The position numbers and the translations under genes were made by a program. The notes under the pieces were generated by a model that made no database searches, was not told where the DNA came from, and worked only from the letters and a program-made list of their open reading frames with translations. Positions 12,285 through 24,719 of a stretch of 64,000 bases of DNA are shown here, piece by piece. Source of the stretch: Squalus acanthias (lineage: Eukaryota). The DNA lies in contig CM059432.1 of NCBI GenBank assembly GCA_030390025.1, forward strand, positions 40,984,001-41,048,000, given 5' to 3'. Numbering within the stretch: the first letter of the stretch is position 1; each line of letters begins with the position of its first letter.

Positions 12285-14586
12285 GAATATCGAATATAGA
12301 AAGTTCAGAGGAGAAGTGAAAAAGAAAATAAGAGGGGCAAAGAGAGGGTATGAGAATAGAATGGCAGCTAACATAAAAGGTAATCCAAAAGTCTTTTATA
12401 GGCATATAAATAGTAAATGGGTAGTAAGAGGAGGGGTGGGGCTGATTAGGGACCAAAAAGGAGACCTACGCATGGAGGCAGCGGGTATGGCTGAGGTACT
12501 AAATGAGTACTTTGCATCTGTCTTCACCAAGGAAGAGGATGCTGCCATAGACATAGTGAAGGAGGAGCTAGAAGAGATACAGGATGGGATAAGAATAGAC
12601 ACAGACAAAGTACTAGAAAGGCTGGCTGTACTTAAAGTAGATAAGTCACCAGGACCGGATGGGACGCATCCTTGGATGCTGAGGGAAGTGAAGGTAGAAA
12701 TCGTGGAGGTACTGGCCATAACCTTCCAATCCTCCTTAGAAATGGGGGTGGTGCCAGAGGACTGGAGAATTGCAAATGTTACATCCTTGTTCAAAAAAGG
12801 GTGTAAAGATAAACCCAGCAACTATAGGCTGGTCAGTTTAACCTCGGTAGTGGGGAAGCTTTTAGAAACAATAATCCAGGACAAAATTAACAGTCACTTG
12901 GACAAGTGTGGATTAATTAAGGAAAGCCAGCACGGATTTGTTAAAGGCAAATCGTGTTTAACCAACTTGATCGAGTTTTTTGATGAGGTAACAGAGAGGG
13001 TTGATGAGGGCAGTGCGGTTGACGTGGTGTACATGGATTTCCAAAAGGCGTTTGATAAAGTGCCACATAATAGGCTTGCCAGTAAAGTTGAAGCTCATGG
13101 AATAAAAGGGACAGTGGCAGCACGGATATGAAATTGGCTAAGTGACAAGAAACAGAGAGTAGTGGTGAACGGTTTTTCGGACTGGAGGAAGATATACAGT
13201 GGTGTTCCCCAGGGGCCGATTCTAGGACCATTGCTTTTCTTGATATATATTAATGACTTGGATGTAGGTGTACAGGGCACAATTTCAAAATTTGCAGATG
13301 ACACAAAACTTGGAAGTATAGTGAACAGTGAGGAGGATAGTGATAGACTTCAAGAGGACATAGACAGGCTGGTGGAATGGGCGGACACGTGGCAGATGAA
13401 ATTTAACGCAGTAAAGTGCGAAGTGATGCATTTTGGTAGAAAGAATGAGGAGAGGAAATATAAACTTAAAGGTACAATACTGAAGGGGGTATATAGAAAC
13501 ATAGAAACATAGAATCTAGGAGCAGGAGTAGGCCATTCGGCCCGTCGAGCCTGCTCCGCCATTCAATACGATCATGGCTGATCATCCAAATCCAGTACCC
13601 TGTCCCTGCTTTAATCCCCACAGTACACATATCCCACCCTACCCCCGTAACCCCACGTATTTAATTCCCCCTAACATATCCCATCCTATCCCCATAACCC
13701 CACATATTTAATCCCCCCTAACACTAAGGGTCAATTTATCATAGCCAAATCAACCTAACCCACACATTTTTGGACTGTGGGAGGAAACCGGAGCACCCGG
13801 AGGAAACCCACGCAGACACGGGGAGAATGTGCAAACTCCACACAGACAGTCACCCGAGGTCAGATTCGAACCCGGGTCTCTGGCGCTGTGAGGCACAAAT
13901 CGTTGAAGGTGGTAGGGCAGGTTGAGAAAGCAGTTAAAAAAGCTTATGGATCCTGGGCTTCGCGAATAGAGGTATAGAGTACAAAAGCGTGGAAATTCTG
14001 ATGAACCTGTATAAAACACTGGTTCAGCCTCAACTGGAGTAATGTGTCCAATTCTGGGCACCACACTTCAGGAAGGATGTGAAGGCCTTAGAGAGGGTGT
14101 AGAAAAGATTTACGAGAATGATTCCAGGGATGAGGAACTTCAGTTACGTGGATAGACGGCAGAAGCTGGGGTTGTTCTCCTTCGAGCAGAGAAGATTAAG
14201 AGGAGATTTGATGGAGGTGTTCAAAATCATGAAGGGTCTGTACAGAGTAGATAGAGAGAAACTGTTCCCATTGGCAGAAGGGTCGAGAACCAGAGGACAC
14301 AGATTTAAGGTGATTGGCAAAAGAACCAAAGGCGATATAAGAAAAAACTTTTTTACACAGCGAGTGGTTATGATCTGGAATGCACTGCCTGAAAGGGTGG
14401 TGGAGGCAGACTCAATCACCGCTTTCAAAAGGGAGTTGGATAAGTACCTGAAAGAATTTTTTTTTGCAGGGCTACGGGGAAAGGGCGTGGGGGTGGGACT
14501 AGCTGAGGTGCTCTTGCAAGGAGCCGGCACAGTCTCGACGGGCCGAATAGCCTTCTGCTGTGCTGTAACCATTCTATGATTCTATG
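12285..14586 (+). mobile_element. CR1 LINE nested in the previous element
   Basis: RT ORFs 12316..13131, 13162..13512 and 14118..14579; (ATTCTATG)2 tail at 14571-14586. Confidence 0.9.
13493..13893 (-). mobile_element. HE1-like V-SINE, 5'-truncated, nested in CR1
   Basis: Near-identical reverse complement of the SINE at 58415-58834. Confidence 0.9.
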
Positions 14587-15389
14587 TACCTGAACCCCCA
14601 AGTCCCTTTGGACCTCCACTGATTTTAGCCTTTCACCATTTAGAAAGTACCCTGTTCTGTCCTTTTTAGGTCCAAAGTGGATGACCTCCCATTTGCCTAC
14701 ATTGAAATCCATTTGCCACAGTTTTGTCCATTCGCTTAATCTGCCGATATCGCTTTGTAATTTTATCATTTCATACACACTACTAACAATGCTGCCTATC
14801 TTTGTGTCATTGGCAAATTTGGATATGTAACTTTCTATGCCCTCATCTAAGTCGTTACTAAATACTGTGAATAGTTGAGGCCCCAACACAGATCCCTGCG
14901 GGACACCACTAGTCACATCCTGCCAATTTGAGTACCTACCCATTATCCCTACTCTCTGTCTCCTGCCACTCAGCCAATTTCCTAACCAGGTCAATAATTT
15001 GCCCTCAATTCTGTGGGCTTCTTCCTTAGATAACAGTCTCTTATGTGGGACTTTATCAAATGCCTTCTAGAAGTCCATATAAATAACAGCCATAGACATT
15101 CCCCATCCCACTATATAGTCAAAACCTCAAAAAATTCAATCAGGTTTGTCAGGCATGACCTACCTTTCACAAATCCTCTCTGATGAACTGAACATTTTCG
15201 AGCTGTTCAGTCACCCTATCCTTAATTATGACTCTAGCAATTTCCCGACAACAGCTGTTAGGCTAACTGGTCTTTCAGTCCCTGGTTTCCCCCCTCTCGC
15301 CATTCTTAAAAAGCAGAGTGACATGCGTAATTTTCCAATCTAAAGGAACGGTTCCTGAATCAAGAAAACTTTGGAAGATTATAGTTAAT

Positions 15390-18300
15390 CTTATAGATAA
15401 ATCACTGTCAGAGCAGTGGGAGGCATTCAAGGAAGAGATGGTGAGGGTTCAGTGTAAATATATTCCCACAAAGAAAAAGGGTGGGACTCCTAAATCTAGA
15501 GCCCCCTGGATGTCATGGGCATACAGGGTAGGATAAGGCAAAAAAGGGAAGCTTATGTCAGATACGAGAGCTAAATACTGCAGAAAGCCGAGAGGAGTAT
15601 CGAAAGTGCAGGGGTGAAATTAAAAAGGAAATTAGGAAAGCCAAGAAAATGTAGGGCCTATTAGAAACCAAAAAGGTAACATGTATGTGGAGGTGGAAGA
15701 CATGGGCATGGTTCTTATTGAATACTTTGTGTCTGCACAAAAGAGAGGGACGATGCAGACATTGTAGTTAAGGAGGAGGAATGTGAAATATTAGATGAAA
15801 TAAACTTAGTGAGAGAGGAAATATTAAGGGATTTAGCATCTTTGAAAGCAGATAAAAACAGAGTGTAAGAGCTTCTACAAGTATGTAAAAAGGAAGAAAG
15901 TAGCAAAAGTGAGCGTTTCGTCCCTTAGAGGCTGAGACAGGAGAAATTATAATGGGGAATGAGGAAATGGCAGCGATTTTAAACAAAAAATTTGTCTCTG
16001 TCTTGACAGTAGAAGACACAAAAAGCATACCAAAAATAGTGAGGAGCCAAGGGGCGAATGAGAGTGAGAAACTTAAAGTAGTTAAGATCAGTAGAGAAAA
16101 AGTACTTGAGAAACTAAAAGCCGACAAATCCCCTGGACCGGATGACCTACATCCTCGGGTTCTAAAAGTGGTGGCTGCAGAGATATTGGATGCATTGGTT
16201 GTGATCTTCCAAAATTCCCTAGATTTTAGAATGGTCCCAGACGATTGGAAGGTAGCAAATGTAACCTCGCTATTCAAGAAAGGAGGGAGAGAGAAAGCCG
16301 GGAACTACAGGCCAGTTAGCCTGACATCGGTCGTCGGGAAAATGCTGGAATCCATTATTAAGGAAGTGATAACAGGGCACTTCGAAAATCATAATATGAT
16401 TAGGCAGAGACGACATGGTTTTATGAAAAGGAAATCGTGTTTAACAAATTTATTGGAGTTTTTTGAGGATGTAACTTGCAGGGTAGATCAAGGGAACCAG
16501 TGAATATATATTTGAATTTCCAAAAGGCATTCAATAAAGTGCCACATAAAAGGTTGCTACGCTAGATAAGGGCTCATGGGATTGGGGGTAATATATCAGC
16601 ATGGCTAGAGGATTAGTTAACAGACAGAAAACAGAGAGTAGGGATAAACGGGTCATTTTCAGGTTGGTGGGGTGCCGCAAGGATCAGTGCTTGGGCCTCA
16701 GCAATTTACAATCTAAATGACCTAGATGAAGAGACCAAGTATAATGTATACAAGTTTGCTGACGATACAAAGTTAGGTGGGAAAATAAGCTGTGAGGAGG
16801 ACACAAAGAATCTGCAAAGGGATATAGACAGTTTAAGTGAGTGGGCAATAAGGTGGCAGATGTAATAGAATATGGGGAAATGTGAGGTTATTCACTTTGG
16901 TAGGAAGAATAGAAAAACAGAATATTTTTTAAATGGTGAGAAACTATTAAATGTTGGTGTTCACTGAGATTTAGGTGTCCTCGTACAGGAAACACAAAGT
17001 TAGCATGCAGGTACAGCAAGCAATTAGGAAGGCAAATGGTATGTTGGCCTTTATTGCAAGGGGGTTGGAATACAAGAGTAAGGAAGTCTTACTACAATTG
17101 TACAGGGCTTTGCTGAGACCACACCTGAAGTACTGTGCCCCACAGTTTTGGTCGTCTTATCTGAGGAAGGATATACTTGCCTTAGAGGCGTTGCAAAATT
17201 GATTCCTGGGATGAGAGGGTTGTGCTATGAGGAGAGATTGAGTAGATTGGGAGTATACACTCTGGAGTTTAGAAGAATGAGAGGTGATCTCACTGAAACA
17301 TAAGATTCTGAGGGGGATTGACAGGGTAGATGCTGAGAGGTTATTTCCCCTTGCTGGAGAGTCTGGAACTCGGGAGCATAGTCTCAGATTTAAGACTGAG
17401 ATGAGGAGGAATTGCTTCACTGAGGGCTGTGAATCTTTGAAATGTTCTACCCCAAAGGGTTGTGGATGCTGAATCGTTGAGTATATTCAAGGCTGGGATA
17501 GATAGATTTTTGGATTCTAGGGGAATCAATGGATATGGAGATCGGGCGGGAAAGTGGAGTTGAGGTCGAAGATCAGCCATGGTGGAACAGGCTTGAGGGG
17601 CTGTATGGCCTACTACTGCTCCTAATTCTTACGTTATAAATCACCAGGCCCGGATGAAATGTATCCCAGGCTCTAAAGAGAAGCAAGGGAGGAAATAGCG
17701 GAGGCTCTGACCATCATTTTCCAATCTTCTCTGGCTACAGGTGTGGTGCTAGAGGACTGCTAACATTGTACCGTTGTTTGAAAAGAGAGAAAGAAATAGA
17801 CCGAGTTATTACAGGCCAGTCAGCCTAACCTCGGTGTTGGGCAAATTATTAGAAAAAATTCTGAGGGACAGTATTAATCATCATTTAGAAAGACACGGAT
17901 TAATCAAGGACAGTCAGCATGGATTTGTTAAGGGAAGGTCGTGTCTGACTAACTTGATTGAATATTTTGAGGAGGTAACGAGGAGGGTGGATGAAGATAG
18001 TGTGTTTGATGTAGTCTGCATGGATTTTAGCAAGGCCTTTGACAAGGTCCCACATGGCAGGTTGGTCGAAAAAGTAAAAGTCCATGGGATAGTTGGATCC
18101 AAAATTGGCTCAGTGGCAGGAAGCAAAAGGTAATGTCGACGGGTGTTTTAGTGTCTGAATGGCTGTTACCAGTGGGGTTCCACAGGGCTCAGTACTAGGT
18201 CCCTTCCTTTTTGTGGTATATATCAATGATTTAGACTTCAGTGTAGGGGGCATGATTAAGAAGTTTGCAGATGATACAAAAATTGGCCATGTGGTTGATA

Positions 18301-19162
18301 GTGAGGAAGAAAGCTGTAGACTGCAGGAAGATATCAATGGACTGGTCAGGTGGGCAGAAAAGTGGCAAATGAATCCAATCCGGAGAAGTGTGTGGTGACA
18401 TTTGGGTAGGGCTAACAAGGCAAGGGAATACACAATAAATGGTAGGATACTGCAAAGTGTAGAGGAACAGCAGGACCTTGGAGTGCATGTCCACAGATCC
18501 TTGAAGGTAGCAGGACTGGTAGATAAGGTGGTTAAGAAGGCATATGGGATACTTTCCTTTATTAGCCAAGGCATAGAATATAAGAGCAGGGAGGTTATGC
18601 TTGAACTGTATAAAACACGAGTTAGGCCGTAGCTAGAGTACTGCGTACAGTTTTGGTCACCGCATTACAGGAAAGATATGATTGCACTAGAGAGGGTACA
18701 GAGGAGATTTACGAGGATGTTGCCAGGACTGGAGAATTTTAGCTATGAGGAAAGCTGGAGTTGTTTTCTTTGGAACAGAGGAGGGTGAGGGGATTCTTAA
18801 TTGAGGTGTATAAAATTATGAGGGGCCGAGATAGAGTGGATAGGAAGGACCTATTTCCCTTAGCAGAGAAGTCAATAACCAGGGGGCATAGATTTAAAGT
18901 AATTGTAGAAGGATTAGAGGGGAGTTGAGAACATTTTTCACCCAGAGGGTGGTGGGGATCTGGAACTCACTCCCTGAAAGGGTGGTAGAGGCAGAAACCC
19001 TCATTGCCTTTGAAAAGTACTTGGATATGCACTTGAAGTGCCGTAACCTACAGGGCTACGGAGCAAGAGCTGGAAAGTGGGATTAAGCTGGATAGCTCTT
19101 TTTCGGCCGGCACAGACATGATGGGCCGAATGGCCTCCTCCTGTGCTGTAAATTTCTGTGAT
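15390..19162 (+). mobile_element. CR1 LINE (15390-15856 and 17636-19162) containing a second CR1 (15857-17635)
   Basis: Host reads ...gcagataaa | tcaccaggcccggatg (DKSPGPD) across the insert, with ATAAA duplicated; RT ORFs 15952..16503, 17774..18133 and 18159..18398. Confidence 0.85.
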
Positions 19163-19802
19163 TCGTCTCTGCTGGATTGAAACTCAGATACTCCAGGAGT
19201 AGGTTCAAATTCATGACACTAGCCAGACTCCCCAGTATTATGAAGTGGTGATAGTACTGTATATTGAACTCTTCAGATTTCTTCCCTGGAATATCAACTT
19301 TTTTTTTGCAAACTAGCATTTGAAAATATGCTTTTTATTCCTGCTTTTCATTTTTAAAACCAAAGACCATATGGGATTCCCTGAAAACTCTGTTGTGGTA
19401 CTGAGCTATAATCAGGAAGGATTCGGCTTTGTGCTGACCACTGGGCTTATTTTGCACATTAGTGCTAACATGCTATAGGAAAAAATTGTAATCTAGCCAG
19501 TACCCTTTTAATATTGTGGAACATACTTGCCATCACCACTAGAACTTCAGTCTCGTGATGCACAGCTCTAAATATGGTCTCTGTACACAGCTCAAGTTTA
19601 GTAGGACCATATCAACAAATTTACTGCTGAATATTTTCACAGTTCATGTGAAGATCTCACTGAAGTTTCAAATGTCCATCATTATGCTTTCCTAGTGGGT
19701 AGGGGAGGCTGGCTACAGGTCAGCTATGCAAATATTTACCATGTCCACCAATACACTCCACTAAAGTCCTACTGCCAACACTTGTTGCATTACTAATATA
19801 AA

Positions 19803-19920
19803 CTGAAGGAGCAGAGCTCCGAAAGCTCGTAATTTCAAATAAAACTGTTGGACTATAACCTGGTGTTGTGCGACTTTTCATTTTTGTCCACCCCAGTCCA
19901 ACACCGGCATCTCCGCATCA
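19803..19920 (+). mobile_element. Penelope-like element terminal fragment with truncated hammerhead motif
   Basis: GA-A-GGAGC-aga-GCTCC-GAAA-GCTC followed by aataaaactgttggactataacctggtgttg...agtccaacaccggcatctcc. Confidence 0.65.
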
Positions 19921-19929
19921 TAATATAAA

Positions 19930-20230
19930 CCAGGGCAATGGTGAGGGCGTTACAGTTAGCCTCATTGGCCTTCGGCTGGGGAGGTGAGAACAAACCCAGA
20001 GTTGACTAACATTGCTGATTGTTATCCAGTGACCCCTGCTAGAAAGTGTGTGTATGTGAATTTTGGGTTTGGCTGTGATGTTCCCCCTATTCAAATAGGT
20101 TGTGGACACTCATTGTCTAGCTTACACGTAATGAATGGGCACTTAAGCAAGGAACTGGATTGTTACTACCCATGGAGTTTCACCCCAGTATGAGTCGCTG
20201 CCTTTAGGTGAGGAGAGAATTGGAGGAAAA
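19930..20230 (+). repeat. Old SINE-like interspersed repeat, unclassified
   Basis: Shared motifs (ccagtgacccctgct, ggctgtgatg, atggccactt-like) recur at about 22300-22520 and 37710-38100 (+) and about 24530-24670 and 35780-36110 (-). Confidence 0.55.
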
Positions 20231-20989
20231 TAGTACAGTGCAACTGATCAATAATGTGCAAAATAGTTCCCAAAATAAAATTAGTTTAATACTGGCTTAA
20301 TCAGTTTAGGATTACCAGGCATGTAATTGGTGTTCCAGAGATGATTTATGCAACTTGGACATTAATTTCTGTGAAACTTCTTTTCTTATTTTCCTACTTT
20401 AAATCTTTTTGGTTTCTGTTCACCATTTCTTGCCCAAATGCAGTACTGAAATCAGGTAGTGTCCCCGGCCAATACAAATGATGCTTTTGATTGTTGGAGC
20501 CACTTCCAGGCAATCTATTTTACTACAGTAAATGAACAAACAAGCAAACAGAAGTGTATTCTTAAATTACAGTCCTATAACTCATAATTTGGAAATTTGA
20601 ATATAAAGTTACAAGCATGCTAAAATGCCCGAGTCGGTAGTGCTTAACTGAGGAAAAAAATTACATTTCTAAATACAATATGACAGACGTACGTACAATG
20701 TGTTAGTAACCATGGCATGCTGAATATATACTACTGTGAATTTTACATTTATGGTACTCCTATAATTCCTGTACATCAGAAACATCTAAAGTTTATTGAA
20801 TTTACACTGTGTATACAGGTGTATGTTGAAAATTGTTTGTTAGGCAAAAATTTTAAAGCAGAATTCATGTTGATTAAATTTGACTTATGATAAAGATCAT
20901 ACTGGTGATTGTGTTCAATCAGTCCCAGATCCTATAAATATGGTATAGATCTTTTTTAGAACCTTGGTACAGTGCTTTGAGCAAATCAT

Positions 20990-21897
20990 CGAATCTTAGA
21001 ATGGTTACAACACAGAAGGAGGCTATTCGGCCCGTCGAGCCCGTGCCAGCTCTCTGCAAGAGCACTTCAGCTAGTCCCACTCCCCCACCCTTTCTCCGTA
21101 GCCCTGCAAAAAAAAATTCTTTCAGGTACTTAGCAAATTCCCTTTTTAAAGCCACGATTGAATCTGCCTCCACCACCCTTTCAGGCAGTGAATTCCAGAT
21201 CCTAACCACTCGCCGCGTAAAAAAGTTTTTCCTCATGTCGCCTTTGGTTCTTCTGTCAATCCCCTTAAATCTGTGTCCTCTGGTTCTCAACCCTTCCGCC
21301 AATGGGGACAATTTCTCTCTATCTACTCTGTCTAGACCCCTCATGAATTTGAACACCTCTATCAAATCTTCTTTCAACCTTCTCTGTTCGAAGGAGAACA
21401 ACTCCAGCTTCTCCAGTCTATCCACGTAATTGAAGTCCCTCATCCCTGGAACCATTCTTGTAAATCTTTTCTGCACCCTCTCTAAGGCCTTCACATCCTT
21501 CCTAAAGTGCGGTGCCTAGAATTGGACATAATTTTCCAGTTAAGGCCGAACCAGTGTTTTATAAAGGTTCATCATAACTTCCTTGCTTTTGTACTCTATG
21601 CCTCTATTTATGAAGCCCAGGATGCTTTTTTAACCACTTTTTCAACCTGCCCTGCCACCTTCCAACGATTTGTGCACATATACCCCCAGGTCTCTCTGTT
21701 CATGCACCCCCTTTAGAATTGTACCCATTAGTTTATATTGCCCCTCCTCATTCTTCTTACCAAAATGTATCACTTCGCACTTTTCTGCGTTAAATTTCAT
21801 CTGCCACGTGTCTGCCCATTTCACCAGCCTGTCTATGTCCTCTTGAAGGCTATCACTATCCTCCTCACTGTTCACTATACTTCCAAGTTTTTGTCAT
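20990..21897 (-). mobile_element. CR1 LINE 3' fragment
   Basis: ORFs 20919..21494 and 21642..21875; same subfamily as 12285-14586. Confidence 0.9.
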
Positions 21898-22762
21898 ATT
21901 AGGAAATATTAATTTATTTTCATTGAAAATGTTTGTTTCTGCTTTCATTGTAAACAGTTGAGAATACTGAAGGACAAACTTACCTTGAGAAATGATTTAA
22001 TCTTTATACTAGTAGTGTTTTGTGTTTGACTAAGCAAAGCTGCTGCTGATGTCAGAAACTAAAGGCAGTTTGTTTCCTCCGAGACTGTGGCCTGTGGGTC
22101 TTCCTGAAGTGCTGTCAGTTTCACCCAGAGTATAAAAATACATGCTAAAACCATCCAGACTTTCACCATTTGCTCATTGTTCTTTTCCAACCTGATAGAG
22201 AATATCTTTCTCTTCATTCTGTGCCACCCCTCACTCTGTTGGAAATGTACTGAAATCCCATAGAATTCAGTACTGGCTGGTTGGAAGAAGGGCGCTCTGA
22301 ATAGATGCTACAGTTGACCTCTGTGTTTCTGGTTTAAGAGAAGGGAAAGAAGAAAAAAATCAGCCATAAGTGAGCCTCCTCAAAAGTGTGTGTGTGTATT
22401 CATGTCCAGTGAGCAGGATGATTGGCTGTGATGACTTTTGTGGTCCAAATAGCCTACTGACTTGACTGACTGGACTCTGAGGCATGACTTGAGCGAGTTA
22501 TGGAGAGCATACCCCAGCGGAAGTCAATATAATGTCCTTCAGGAAAGGAAGGGAATAAAATTGGGAGACGGAAAGATAATAGAAGAAGACAAAGAAATGG
22601 GCTCTTCCATGGTTCTGGTTTGTTTGGTTCCTAATGAGGATCATAATTACATTAAAGAATAGAATGTTCGATAGACTGAGATACAACTGACATTTAAATT
22701 CTTGTGTACTCGTCATGATTAGGTGCCATGCACTCATCAGTTTGCGGTAATGTTCTTTGTAG

Positions 22763-22929
22763 GTCAAGGTTGACTTGATTGACCTAGCTGAGAAGTGCTG
22801 CTGTGATATGGACCTGAAGGCAGAACTGGAAAGGTCATTCCTTTCAGAACCCTCTTCTCCTGGTAGAGCCAAGGTATCAAAAGGCTTTAAACTGGGAAAA
22901 CACAAGCATGAGACCTTCATCACCTCCAG
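22763..22929 (+). CDS. VIRMA: VIRMA coding exon
   Basis: ag|GTC...TCCAG|gtgaga, 167 nt (phase 0-2); VKVDLIDLAEKCC...ELERSFLSEPSSPGR...KGFKLGKHKHETFITS. Confidence 0.97.
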
Positions 22930-23489
22930 GTGAGATGTCAAAAGTTGAACCTATTTGTTTGAACCACAAGGTAAAGAAACTAGAAAATAGTTTGACTCTT
23001 CTATTGGTCGTCAGTATACTTAAGAGAATTATGCATATAAAACATGTTTAGAATTGCTATAATAGTTGGTTCTAACTGGCTATCTGCTTCTTCACACTGT
23101 TGTGCCAGTTACATAGTTTCAACACATTCATATCTCTATTTTCATAAATATACCCTTTTAACTCTTTAAAAAGGTTTTCTTATTTCACTAGCTATTTTGG
23201 GCAGGTAACTCCATTGTCAAAATGAAATTTGTTGTATCAAAAATACACACCGTAGAATGCATCAAAACTGCCCTATTTATTGGATCTGACCTCCCTCAGC
23301 AATGATATCATCAGGTTTGAGTATTGTCTGTTTTCTTAGTCATCTGGGAATCTATTCCACATTATTTCAACTAGTGGGGAAAATAATTCTTTCCAATCTT
23401 AAATTTTATTTAAGGCTAGTTAAATTTGGTTACGTTGGAAATCTGGAACACCCACCCCCGCCCCACCCAAAGGAAAAAAGCTGTTGCGG

Positions 23490-23660
23490 CTAGGTCAATA
23501 GAAAATTTCAAAACTGAGATTGATAGATTTTTGTTAGGCACGGGTATTAAGGGTTATGGAACCAAGGCGGGTAGATGAATTTAAGATACAGATCAGCCAT
23601 GATCTAATTGAATGGGGAACAGGCTTGAGGGGCTGAATGGCCTACTCCTGTTCCCATAAT
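23490..23660 (+). mobile_element. CR1 3' end fragment
   Basis: gatcagccatgatctaattgaatgg...aatggcctactcctgttcc tail. Confidence 0.8.
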
Positions 23661-24719
23661 ATTAACCTCCTATCCTCTAGTTCTCTACTCCAACGTTAAA
23701 TGCTTCCACCTACGTTATAATTTCCTCTGAGTTGCGATAATTTGATTTGTTTCGGCCAGGAGTACTCATTATATGACCCGGGGGCCAATTTGGGCTCTTG
23801 GCCTCTGTTGCAGCCTTTGGGAGAACCTTGAGAGGACCTGCAACCTTCCCGTCATGAATAAAATCCTGCATGCAACTCAAAATATTATGATGTTACATTT
23901 TGATCAAGAAAACACAATATTCTATTGGTGTTTTTATGAGCAATAGTTTGAACTTTAAAAAAATACGCACCCTTCTCCTTTTAAATAAATGTAAGTTTTA
24001 GTTTTTTAATTTTACTCCCATGCTTTACTTTTTTTCTCAAAGTATTTTTCCTTTTTCTTTACCAACATTGTAGGTGTACTTTAAACCTTTTAAGACAATC
24101 ATCATTTCAACAGTGCTGTTATATACCTTGCAATCAACTGCTATTAACATTCCAGTGCAATGCCACTTTACGTTGATATTTAGTGTTTTGACCTCGGGTG
24201 TTAGTACTGAATAGGAAAAAGAAACACGTTAAGAGTGGAATGTAGCACAAAACACTGAATGCTTTTGTGGAAAACATCTGTGCAGGTGCTGGAAGAACAT
24301 TTGCACTAAAGAGTACCTTCGTTCGCCTGTTTATATTTCTTGTTCAATCTAAAGAAAATCTATGCCCATTTAAACTTCAGGCCCTCCTTCGCTGCACCAT
24401 GAAAAAATAACTGGCTCTCGTTCTGAATGTTTTATTCCTAATCCAAACCAATATATACAAACAACCTCCTTTTATATGCTTACACTGTGTCTCTCTCCAC
24501 AAATATTTTCTTTGGAGGCGTTAACTACACTGGGGAGTTGTTTTATGTGTGCCAACAGCCATCTAGTACCTTTCCCAAATTGCGGTGCTTCATGTGTGAG
24601 CCTGAACGGTGTATGTTGGAAGGCTATTTGGCCATGAGGGCATTAGTTGAGCCCAATCCTGTCTGAAACAAGCAACAATTTCACAGTCGAGCCCAACAGC
24701 CTTTCCAGCAAGGGTCTCT

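Larger units (their letters stand above)
11609..15386 (-). mobile_element. CR1 LINE split into 11609-12284 and about 14587-15386 by a nested insertion
   Basis: 3' tail at 11609; RT ORFs 11939..12181 and 14425..14994 are collinear across the insert. Confidence 0.85.
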
